Shown piece by piece: positions 52,100 through 61,250 of a stretch of DNA of 64,000 nucleotides. The number at the start of each line of letters is the position of its first letter. Position 1 is the stretch's first letter. The notes beneath the pieces were generated by a model. The model was not told the origin of the DNA, made no database searches, and worked only from the letters and a program-made list of their open reading frames with translations. This DNA comes from Spirochaetota bacterium (GTDB lineage: Bacteria > Spirochaetota > UBA4802 > UBA5550): NCBI GenBank assembly GCA_963664815.2, contig CAXXHB010000003.1, forward strand, positions 3,936,001 to 4,000,000, written 5' to 3'. Both the position numbers and the translations under genes were made by a program.

Positions 52100-52397
52100 A
52101 TAAGCCTCCCTCAAAATTTATATCTATTTTCCAGGTGGACGGGATCTCCCTGGAACAGATACAATCACCTGATAACGCGGCAATCACACCGTTAATCCCA
52201 TCCACCATAAAATTTAAACTGATAGTAATCTGGATTATTAAACTTTTTTCTATTTTTTATTTATAAATTTCGGCGAAAATAGATTCAATAATACACATAC
52301 TACTAAAGAATTTTTAGAAATCATGCCCGAATATGTCAATAAATTTTGTTTTTTTTACTTAATTATACAGTAAAAAATGTCAAAGTATGACTTTATG

Positions 52398-54239
52398 TCA
52401 TAAATTATACCTGAATGAGATTACACTGTCATCAATTGAAATAATGGGTTTTATCCTCCCGTTTTTCAGCACTTTTATCATTTTACTATTCTCAAAAAAA
52501 ACCCTGGCACAGAGGTTTTTTATCCCCCTCTCTTTTGCAATACCGAGAAGGTATTCAAGAAGAAAACCCGATATCCCTCTCCCCTGGTACATTTCATTTA
52601 CAATAAATGCCAGTTCATATACCTTTTCAGCCTCATAATATGAGTACCTGGCCTCGGCAATAATTTTCTGAATGCTCTCCGTTTCCAGAACGACAACAAT
52701 GGAAAGTGTTTTATCATAATCAATATTTACATATCTCTGCATATTTCTATGTGGCATTGAACTTACACGGGAAAAATATCGCAGGTATTTTGCTTCATCG
52801 GAAAACTGGTAGAATAGATCGCGCATCATATCTTCATCTGAGGGCTTAATAGGCCTTATCTTTACATCCAGACTATCCCTGAAAACTTTTGCTGTTTCAA
52901 GGGATTCCGGATAGTTTACCGAATTTTCCCTGCTGAAAATCTGGTCCCTGTAGGCATACCCTATCTTTTTCGCCTTTTCCAGGAGATCCTCCCTGTGATC
53001 AGGATGGGCAATTCCTATCATTGCCAGCACTCTCTCCCTTATCGACCGTCCGAAGAGATTTGCAATACCGTACTCGGTTACAACATATCGTGCAATACCA
53101 AGAGTTCCACGCGCCATATCCTCTTCATTTTCATGAGTCACAACGATGTTGCTTTTTCCGTCTTTATCAACTGAATTAAGCACAATTATGGATTTCCCGT
53201 TTTTGGAAAAGGCAGCCCCTGCAAAAAAATTCAGTTTGCTCTCGTAACCGGAAAGGAGGTTGTCTCCCGAATAAAAAATAATAAGCTCACCTGTTACATC
53301 AATCCTCTTCACATTCAGGATGCTGATAAGATTACTGATTTTTCGTATGTTAAGCGGATTGGCGAGCTCAGTAATGGGATGAAATTCGAAGATATGGTTG
53401 TAGGAAATAAAATCATAAAGTTTTCTGCTGCCGTAGCAATAGCTTGTTGTAACCTGTCCCCCCTTTACCCTGTCTCTCTCTGCTGATATCGCGCCACATT
53501 CAAGAAGATCAATTACCCAGTCTGAAACCACATTGGTATATATCCCCAGATCCCTCTTGTTCTTAAGGTTATCAGCAATTGCATCATAAATTCTCCCCAC
53601 ATGCAGGACAACCGTTGATCCGTCATCAATCAGATTTGAGACATGAAATCCAATCTTCCCCATAGCCTGATCGTAGGTTTTTTTCTCTCTTTCCGGAATC
53701 GGGATGTCGCTTGTTATTATACAATTAACCTGGTCGGTGTGAATAAAAGTATCGCCGTATGTTACCGGCATTGCGTGATTAACTTCCGCCACAACAAGTT
53801 TTGCCTGTTTGATTACTATTTTTGCAATATCGGAAGATATTCCAAGACTCATAAATCCCTTGCTATCCGGCGGTGAAACTGTTACCACAGCCGCGTCAAT
53901 TCTCTGTGATTTCCCTGAAAATATAACCGGAATATCCATCAGGTTGGAGGGGATAAAGTCAACCTCCCCGGAATGAATTCTTTTAATAATACTTTCACCT
54001 GTACTGAACGTTTTGAGTCTGTACCTTGTTTTGCTTTTTTCATCCGTATTAAGGAAATCGCCAAGCGTGTTAAGCTGAATAAGCTCCAGATCAAGAATAT
54101 TAGGATTGACTGAAGCGGTCAATTCAGATACAAAAAGCCTCGGAATGGAAGCCGCGCTGCTTAAAAATATCTTGCTGCCGGGCCTGATCATCCCTATGAC
54201 TTTTTTTACTGAAGTATATTTTTCCGCATCATTTACCAT
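52398..54239 (-). CDS. Degenerate acetyl-CoA hydrolase/transferase domain fused to a Pat-type GNAT acetyltransferase
   Basis: VSPPDSKGFMSLG, YVVTEYG, IAHPDHRE; C-terminal IRPIKPSDE...YLRYF...YQGRGI. Confidence 0.85.
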   Translation of the reverse strand: MVNDAEKYTSVKKVIGMIRPGSKIFLSSAASIPRLFVSELTASVNPNILDLELIQLNTLGDFLNTDEKSKTRYRLKTFSTGESIIKRIHSGEVDFIPSNLMDIPVIFSGKSQRIDAAVVTVSPPDSKGFMSLGISSDIAKIVIKQAKLVVAEVNHAMPVTYGDTFIHTDQVNCIITSDIPIPEREKKTYDQAMGKIGFHVSNLIDDGSTVVLHVGRIYDAIADNLKNKRDLGIYTNVVSDWVIDLLECGAISAERDRVKGGQVTTSYCYGSRKLYDFISYNHIFEFHPITELANPLNIRKISNLISILNVKRIDVTGELIIFYSGDNLLSGYESKLNFFAGAAFSKNGKSIIVLNSVDKDGKSNIVVTHENEEDMARGTLGIARYVVTEYGIANLFGRSIRERVLAMIGIAHPDHREDLLEKAKKIGYAYRDQIFSRENSVNYPESLETAKVFRDSLDVKIRPIKPSDEDMMRDLFYQFSDEAKYLRYFSRVSSMPHRNMQRYVNIDYDKTLSIVVVLETESIQKIIAEARYSYYEAEKVYELAFIVNEMYQGRGISGFLLEYLLGIAKERGIKNLCARVFFENSKMIKVLKNGRIKPIISIDDSVISFRYNL

Positions 54240-54251
54240 TTACGCCTGCCG

Positions 54252-55940
54252 CTATTTTCTCCTGGCCTCCTCTTCCTTTTTAAGCTCCTTCTTCAGAATC
54301 TTTCCTACAGTGCTTTCAGGGAGCGATGACCTGATTTCAATAAGCGAAGGCCACTTATATTTTGCAAGCTTTTCACGGCAATAGTTCATAACTTCTTCCG
54401 GATCTAAAGTCATTCCCTCATTGGGTACAACGAATATTTTTATCTGCTCCCCCCGTTTTTCATCGGGAAGACCAATCGCTGCGGCTTTCTGAATTCCGGG
54501 ATGTTCATATAACACCTCCTCAATCTCTCTCGGGTATACATTATATCCGCCTGATATTATAAGATCCTTCTTCCTATCAACTATGAAGAAATATCCATCC
54601 TTATCCATATATGCAATATCACCCGAATAGAGCCAGCCGTTACGTATGGCCTGCGCGGTTTCCTCCGGTTTATTCAGGTAACCCCTGGTAACCTGCGGTC
54701 CTCTGAACAGCATCTCTCCCTCTTCCCCGGCCGGCATGGATTTCTCCCCCGTGGCCAGATCGACAATTTTAACATCAGTATCAGGATACGGAAGCCCTAT
54801 ACTCCCCGCCTTGTGGAGCCCCCCAAAGGGATTAAGGTGAGTCTGCGGCGAAGTCTCTGTCATTCCGAAACCTTCATTAATATCCGCACCGGTAAGCTCC
54901 TTGAACTTCTTCAACACTTCAACAGGCAGTGATGAACCGCCGGAGGAGAGCACCTTGTAGCAGCTCATATCGGTTTTTTTAAGGTCGGGATGCTGAAGCA
55001 TTCCGACATACATGGTGGGTACCATTGAGCACACAGTAGGCCTGTATTTTCGTGTTGCAGCAAGAAGATCAGGCGGCTGGGGTTTGGGTATCATTACTGC
55101 AGTCCATCCCATTATTACCGGAAGATTCATCGCTGCACTCATTCCAAGAACATGAAATATCGGCGCTGCGGAAATAAGAACCTCGTCACCGGGTTTCAGA
55201 TTGGGAAACCATGCAACGTACATCTGAACCATGCTGCAAAGGTTTCTGTGAGAGAGGATAGCTCCCTTAGACTGCCCTGTAGTACCGCCGGTATACTGAT
55301 AGACCGCCACATCATCAAATGAAACTCCGACCTTCGGGACAGTGCCGGATTTTTTTATAGCCTCATTCCACGAAAAAACATTTTCAGCAACAGTAACATC
55401 TGCCGCCATCCCTTTCTTTTTTGCTACAAGTTTAAACAGCACCTTCTTTACGGCCGGAAGATAATCCCCTATTGAAGTATATACTATTTCTTTTATCTTT
55501 GTATCTTTTCTCAGCGCTATCATCCTGTTCGCAAGAAGATCAAGTGTAACCAGCATCTTCGCACCGGAGTCGTTAAACTGGTATGAAAGTTCCCGGTCAG
55601 TATAAAGCGGATTGTTCATCTGAGCAATGGCGCCCAGCTTCAAAACGGCATAGTACGCAGCCACTGTCTGTATCATATTAGGGAGCAATATGGCAACAAC
55701 GTCTCCTTTTTTTATACCTTTTGATGAAAAAAAGAACGCCAGTCTGTCAACCATGTTAGCCAGTTCAACATATTTAATCCGGAATCCCTGGAATATCAGT
55801 GCATCCCGGTTTCCGTATCTTGAAACTGTCCTGTCGAGAACATCGTGCAGACATATCTCCTCATAGTCGATACTTGCAGGTATTCCTTCAGGATAGAATT
55901 TAAGCCATGGTTTTTCCGAATAAATGTCTTTCTCCTCCAT
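54252..55940 (-). CDS. Long-chain fatty acid-CoA ligase (FadD family)
   Basis: QYTGGTTGQSKG, EGFGMTET, SGDIA, VDRKKDLII, STVGKILK; ATG 55940 with AGGGGG RBS. Confidence 0.92.
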   Translation of the reverse strand: MEEKDIYSEKPWLKFYPEGIPASIDYEEICLHDVLDRTVSRYGNRDALIFQGFRIKYVELANMVDRLAFFFSSKGIKKGDVVAILLPNMIQTVAAYYAVLKLGAIAQMNNPLYTDRELSYQFNDSGAKMLVTLDLLANRMIALRKDTKIKEIVYTSIGDYLPAVKKVLFKLVAKKKGMAADVTVAENVFSWNEAIKKSGTVPKVGVSFDDVAVYQYTGGTTGQSKGAILSHRNLCSMVQMYVAWFPNLKPGDEVLISAAPIFHVLGMSAAMNLPVIMGWTAVMIPKPQPPDLLAATRKYRPTVCSMVPTMYVGMLQHPDLKKTDMSCYKVLSSGGSSLPVEVLKKFKELTGADINEGFGMTETSPQTHLNPFGGLHKAGSIGLPYPDTDVKIVDLATGEKSMPAGEEGEMLFRGPQVTRGYLNKPEETAQAIRNGWLYSGDIAYMDKDGYFFIVDRKKDLIISGGYNVYPREIEEVLYEHPGIQKAAAIGLPDEKRGEQIKIFVVPNEGMTLDPEEVMNYCREKLAKYKWPSLIEIRSSLPESTVGKILKKELKKEEEARRK

Positions 55941-56433
55941 ATTTCCCCCTTTATTATTTAACACATGCGGTAAACAGCGGTTTAATTGTTCCGGAAACAC
56001 TCTCCGGAGAAACATCAGACAGGGGAGAACAATCACCTGCCTCAGCATCTGTTATAAATTAAATTACTTTAAGACAGAACTTTTACGAAAGTCAAATTAT
56101 TTATATATATTATTAATATAAATAAGATTATCTATGTAATATCATATTCAGTCTTTAATAATTATTACTATTTATTACCAATAATACGCTCATACATCAT
56201 TTTTCTTAGATATAACCACATATTATTAGTGTAATTATCATTCCTCAATATACATTCAACACCTGCGTAAATAATAAATTTTTACTTGCACCGGTTATTA
56301 CAGACAGCAATACTGCCGGCAATATCATGCCAGGTTTTTTTCGAATGGAATAATTTGCCGCACTGACATGTTATCCGGCAGCATAGTGCAGCATGATAAA
56401 AATTTAAGGGTCAGAAATCAGCGGTTAAGCCAA

Positions 56434-57360
56434 ATGACAGATTATAAGAATGAGAATAAAATTACAGCAGGTCATCCCTTTGGACTGTTTAATATCGAAC
56501 TGACAAACCGCTGCCCGATGAAATGCATCATGTGTCCGAGAACTCAGCATATGACACGTGATCAGGGATTTATGGACATGGGACTTTTTAAAAAAGTAAT
56601 TGATGAACTTGCGGCGGTTAACCCGTCATTCCATAATAACCGTGTAGTATGGCTGCACCATTTCGGCGAGAGTCTTCTTCATCCGCAATTTGATGCCTTC
56701 ATCCATTACGCCTCAGATAAAGGCATACGCACGGGACTTTCTGTAAACCCGATGATGCTTGAAGAGAAAACGACTGAACGGCTTATCTCCTCCGGCCTCC
56801 ACATCCTCTACCTTTCGCTTGACGGTCATGATGACGAATCCTTTTTAAAAATCCGCGGATTAAAGAATATGTACGACTCCTCCCGTAAAAAGCTTTTAGA
56901 ATTTCTTTCTTTCAAAAAGGAAAATCCGTGCGAAATGAAGATTATTCTTTCAATGATAGACTTCTCACTTAACAGCGAAAGCATAACTGCTGTTAAAAAC
57001 GAATGGGAATCGCTCGACGGGATAGACTCCTTCCTGATGAAAAATTTCACCACATGGGATGGCGCAGTAAAGGATATATGTGACCTCGCCCCCGAAACAT
57101 CCGCCGGTGATACACTCAATTACTCAGAAACGACCTGCATGTTCCCATGGGAAAACATGACAGTAACATGGGACGGTGATGTAGTGCCGTGCTGTTTTGA
57201 TTACAATAAAAAACTTGTTCTTGGCAGCGTACTGGAGCATTCCCTGGCTTACATATGGAACGACATACCGATGCGTAAACTGCGGCAGGAATTTATCAGC
57301 AATAACATAACCAACCCGCTCTGCATAAACTGCGGGAAACTCCGTGAATACGGCAGATGA
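56434..57360 (+). CDS. Radical SAM protein with SPASM/twitch domain
   Basis: ELTNRCPMKCIMC, FGESLLHP, CMFPW...GDVVPCC...CINC; start uncertain (56368 or 56434). Confidence 0.88.
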   Translation: MTDYKNENKITAGHPFGLFNIELTNRCPMKCIMCPRTQHMTRDQGFMDMGLFKKVIDELAAVNPSFHNNRVVWLHHFGESLLHPQFDAFIHYASDKGIRTGLSVNPMMLEEKTTERLISSGLHILYLSLDGHDDESFLKIRGLKNMYDSSRKKLLEFLSFKKENPCEMKIILSMIDFSLNSESITAVKNEWESLDGIDSFLMKNFTTWDGAVKDICDLAPETSAGDTLNYSETTCMFPWENMTVTWDGDVVPCCFDYNKKLVLGSVLEHSLAYIWNDIPMRKLRQEFISNNITNPLCINCGKLREYGR

Positions 57361-57589
57361 GGTCAGTTAGCGCAACAGGAAAGCAGCAATACAGCATTGA
57401 ACCCAGAGTTTAATAGCCTTGAAATCCCCTGGCCTGTCGGCCATACCCCTTGATAAAGTTGGTTTTTAAAACATAAAAAATTTTTAAAAATTCTGCTTGC
57501 CCCATGTCATTTGCTTTTCCGGACTGGTTATATAGAGGCATAAGCCTTAATATAACAATAAAAAAATAATAAATAAAGAGCGTAAATCT

Positions 57590-58129
57590 ATGGCAAAAGT
57601 AAAGCTTCATCCCTATTTAAGAACTGCCCATGGAGGCCTGGATGGTCTTGTGCTTTACAGGCGATATGGAAAGATCTACATTAAAAAACGCACAATACCC
57701 AGAAATCCCCGCACAGAGCCACAGGTTAAATGCAGGGGTAATTTCGGCAGCAGTGTTAAAGCGTGGCAGAACCTTCCGGAAGAGGAGAAGGCTATTTACA
57801 GAGTGAGGGCAAAGAGGAAGAAAAAAGCAGGGTACAACCTCTTTATGTCTGAATACCTTCGCGGAATTGCACCAGGTTCACCTGTATCTCCATCGGGAAG
57901 CAGTGTAACAGAAGATGCAGTGGTTGCATCAGCTCCCTCTGACATTACTTATTATACAATCTCATGTCCTGAAAACAACAAAACAGGATATAAAAAAGAC
58001 GATACAAATACAGTAAAAGAGGGAGGCTTATCTGCCAAAACGGTGCTTCAGCAGTATGAAGACCCTGTTAAAAACCGTTTCAATACCGTTTCAACTCCGT
58101 TACTGACAGAAAAAAGCACGCATTTATAA
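57590..58129 (+). CDS. Hypothetical protein: very basic ~92-aa domain (reminiscent of DUF6266-like/phage-associated proteins) plus a low-complexity tail
   Basis: MAKV...GxLDGLVxYRRYGK...PRNPRTxxQ...R..F...W..L...K..Y...A...GYNLF pattern; 23 K/R vs 6 D/E in the first 92 aa. Confidence 0.7.
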   Translation: MAKVKLHPYLRTAHGGLDGLVLYRRYGKIYIKKRTIPRNPRTEPQVKCRGNFGSSVKAWQNLPEEEKAIYRVRAKRKKKAGYNLFMSEYLRGIAPGSPVSPSGSSVTEDAVVASAPSDITYYTISCPENNKTGYKKDDTNTVKEGGLSAKTVLQQYEDPVKNRFNTVSTPLLTEKSTHL

Positions 58130-58460
58130 CTGTCGGTAAGGTGTTTGAGGCGTAATTGAAGCGAAATTGAATACTCTGTAAACAGATTGTGATATTTGTC
58201 ATAAATCTGTCTAAGTATAACATCCGAACTACTTGATGCACGATGCAGGAATCTTCGTGGGCAGGAAGAGTATTGCACAGCCAGGAATCAGGATGAGTTT
58301 ATGCATGATGATACTGTGCATAAATCTTTCGCAGGTTCGCAACGCGTTACGAAACCACAGAGGATTATGGTGTGCGACGTGCATAATGGAACAGATTGAA
58401 TCCGATTCTGTAATCGTGTTCAGATATTTTCTTCATTTATCGGGAATAAATTCACACAGG
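57857..58460 (+). ncRNA. Putative ~600-nt multi-hairpin structured RNA
   Basis: At least five or six consecutive imperfect stem-loops with many G-U pairs on the + strand, paired by hand; no known family recognised. Confidence 0.45.
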
Positions 58461-58499
58461 GAATAAATACATCCATGCTTTTCGCAGGTAGGTTTATAG

Positions 58500-58895
58500 C
58501 TATAAAATCTGCGAATATAAATCACATAACATGTACGTTGATAAAACAGCCAGTATACTCAAAGATTTAATCCTCAGGAGCATCTCCTCCCCCCTTTTCC
58601 GTGCATAATCTGTTACATCATCATAGTAACTTCTGAACTCATCAACAAAAGCCTTTCCGAAGTCCGTCAGCTTAAATCCCTCTTTATTATTTTCTTTATA
58701 AATGAGTGGCTTTCCGATTACCTCTTCAGTCTTTTTTATTTTACCCCATGCGCCCCTGTAAGAGATACCCATTTTTTCAGAAGCAAGCTTCAGTGAACCG
58801 AGTTCATCGATGAGCATCAGAAGTTCATACCTGCCATGTCCAAAATATACAGCTTTGTCCTTTTCAAACCATAGATGTACTTTTACTACAGGCAT
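58500..58895 (-). CDS. ModE N-terminal-type winged-helix regulator (no molybdate-binding domain)
   Basis: LWFE...FGHGRYELL...GSLKLAS..MGISYRGAWGKI...LTDFG. Confidence 0.85.
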   Translation of the reverse strand: MPVVKVHLWFEKDKAVYFGHGRYELLMLIDELGSLKLASEKMGISYRGAWGKIKKTEEVIGKPLIYKENNKEGFKLTDFGKAFVDEFRSYYDDVTDYARKRGEEMLLRIKSLSILAVLSTYMLCDLYSQIL

Positions 58896-58933
58896 ATTAT
58901 AAACTCCTTATTTACGTATTTTATTAACATAAA

Positions 58934-59479
58934 CTATTTACGGCCATAAGATGCTGCAACGAGTATTCCCGCTAAAAATCCGCAGAGATGGCTTTCCCAG
59001 GACATGGATGAATTTACCGGCAGAACTCCAAAAATCATACCGCAATATAAAAAGAACACGACAAGAGAGATAATCAGCGATTTGATATCTCTTTTAAAAA
59101 GACCACGCGTAATGAGATATCCCAGAATCCCATAGATAACTCCACTGGCGCCGATATGGACAGAGTTGGATCTTCCGATAAGCCATGTACCTGCGCCACC
59201 GAGAATTATCAGAGTAACAATAATCCAGAATGTTCTTTCATGTTCAAGTGCAATTAAAAATAAACCAAGGATAAAAAGACTCACTGAATTCGCGGCAAGA
59301 TGAGAAAAATCCTGATGAAGCAGTGGAGCAAGCAGAATACCGGGAAGACCGGAAACCTCTCGCGGTATAATTCCATACTGATTGATATTAACAAAATAAC
59401 TCAGTATATGTATAATCCATAAGAAAGCAATAATGTAGAGCAGATTTTTAATCGGTTTTATAAATTTTTCCTTTTCCAT
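58934..59479 (-). CDS. Rhomboid-family intramembrane serine protease
   Basis: HxxxxHLAAN, HIGASG catalytic Ser, SWESHLCG catalytic His. Confidence 0.9.
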   Translation of the reverse strand: MEKEKFIKPIKNLLYIIAFLWIIHILSYFVNINQYGIIPREVSGLPGILLAPLLHQDFSHLAANSVSLFILGLFLIALEHERTFWIIVTLIILGGAGTWLIGRSNSVHIGASGVIYGILGYLITRGLFKRDIKSLIISLVVFFLYCGMIFGVLPVNSSMSWESHLCGFLAGILVAASYGRK

Positions 59480-59754
59480 GGTGATATAGAAGATATTATT
59501 TATACTGCAATGTCAATTAAATTATCATGATATTAAAGCAAGCCCTCACTGAAATGAGATCAGAGCTTGGCAAATGAAGACTATTCAAGACTTATACAGC
59601 TCTATTTCATGGCCACGAATTTCCGACACGAAGGACAGGCTAAAATTTTATTCATCACAAACTGATATTCATACTATGCCGGATTAAAAAAATGTAGAAA
59701 AATTTCCACAGAAGAATTATTATTGTAATATGATTTACAACTATGGAGGATTCC

Positions 59755-61245
59755 ATGAAGGCATTTACCCGGTTTCTTTTTTCATTACTCCTTATAACAA
59801 TTCTGCAGATTGCACTCCAGGCTGAAAATTATAAAATTGTAGTTCTCCCATTTGATAAACTTAACAAAGAAAAAAATGCTGAACTTGAAACTCTGACTGT
59901 AGGAATCAGTGAAACTCTTGCCGGCGCCCTGTCAACCGTTGATAATTTTGTTGTAATTGATTCAAACAGGGTAAAGAGACACCTCCTTGAAAGCGCCGAA
60001 TTCAAGCAGGCTATCGGGGTTGAAACCGGAGACATTGAAAATCTGCGCGAACTGACAAAAGACAAACTTAATGCAGACTTTATAGTTTACGGATCATTCA
60101 ACAAAATCGGCGGCAATATTCAGCTCTCCGCCAAATTCATGAATATCTCTTCCGGAGAGGTAATCAAGGGATCAAATGTACACGGGAAATATCCCGATGA
60201 AATATTCATCCTGCAGGAACGGCTGGCAAAGGATCTCACGGACAAGATTTCCGGAAAGTCATCATCACAGCAGAAAAACAGCATCGAGGAATACTCCAAT
60301 TCTACAAACAACTTCACCGCTTACCAGTACTATATTAAGGGGAGAATGGAACAGATTCAGTACGATGTAAAGAACTATCCTCTCGCACTGGAATACTACA
60401 ACAAGGCGCTCAAATATGATCCGAATTATGCACTGGCCTGGGCCGGCCTTGCAGAGGTAAACGCCCTCTGGGGTTTTCAGATACAATATGCAAAGGGTAA
60501 TTCCGCCCCCTATCTTAAAACCGCGATAGAACAGGGGAAAAAAGCCGTTGAATTCGCTTCCAACCTTTACCAGACCCACAGGGCTCTAAGCATGGCATAC
60601 CTGAACAATTCAGACTTCACCAGCGCACAGAATTCAATCGACCAGGCATACAGGCTTAATACCCAGGATGCGGAGATCATGCAGATAAAAGCACAGCTCA
60701 AAAATTACGCATATAAAGAAATGGGAACTGAAGGAACTGAATCAAACAGGTATATAATGGAATCTCTGGCATTGAATCCTGAACTGATAATAGCCAAATG
60801 GTCACTGGCCCATTCATATTCTACAATCAGTAAAAACGACCTCGCACTGAAAGAGTACATGGAAATCCTGGCTATAAATCCCAGACACGCACCGGCGCTT
60901 CATGGCATAGCCCTGATATACTACGCTATAAAGGATTATGAAAATGCCCAACACTACGCTTTGAAAACTGTTGAAGCTGATCCGATGACCGCACAGCATC
61001 ATTACACCCTGGGTCTTTCATATTATCAGCTGAAAAAGTGGGATGTCGCCATTACATCTTTTGAAAAAGCGGTTAAACTAAATCCTGTATATGAAGACGC
61101 AATTTACAGTATTGCCAACTGTTACTGGTTTCAGAATAAATGGGACAGGGCTTATAAATATTACAATAAAGTGCTGGAGATCAATCCGGGAAACAGTGAA
61201 GCGGCAAAATTCAGAGACGACTCTTACAGTAAGATGAGGAAGTAA
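59755..61245 (+). CDS. Exported TPR protein with N-terminal CsgG/TolB-N/FlgO-like domain
   Basis: Signal peptide, IVVLPF...GISETL domain, multiple TPR repeats; ATG 59755 follows GGAGGA. Confidence 0.85.
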   Translation: MKAFTRFLFSLLLITILQIALQAENYKIVVLPFDKLNKEKNAELETLTVGISETLAGALSTVDNFVVIDSNRVKRHLLESAEFKQAIGVETGDIENLRELTKDKLNADFIVYGSFNKIGGNIQLSAKFMNISSGEVIKGSNVHGKYPDEIFILQERLAKDLTDKISGKSSSQQKNSIEEYSNSTNNFTAYQYYIKGRMEQIQYDVKNYPLALEYYNKALKYDPNYALAWAGLAEVNALWGFQIQYAKGNSAPYLKTAIEQGKKAVEFASNLYQTHRALSMAYLNNSDFTSAQNSIDQAYRLNTQDAEIMQIKAQLKNYAYKEMGTEGTESNRYIMESLALNPELIIAKWSLAHSYSTISKNDLALKEYMEILAINPRHAPALHGIALIYYAIKDYENAQHYALKTVEADPMTAQHHYTLGLSYYQLKKWDVAITSFEKAVKLNPVYEDAIYSIANCYWFQNKWDRAYKYYNKVLEINPGNSEAAKFRDDSYSKMRK

Positions 61246-61250
61246 AAGCG

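Noticed and set aside
57760-57860. HMG-box-like words (WQNLPEEEKAIY, YNLFMSE) in the basic protein
   Set aside because: The two words occur in the reverse order to a true HMG box; too short to claim homology without a profile search.
58061-58177. 11-nt repeats as a CRISPR array or DGR template/variable repeat
   Set aside because: Units are too short, have no spacers, and no cas or reverse transcriptase gene or A-specific mismatch pair was found.
58233-58466. 77-aa ORF downstream of the basic-protein gene
   Set aside because: TTG start without RBS and atypical composition; better explained by the hairpin structure.
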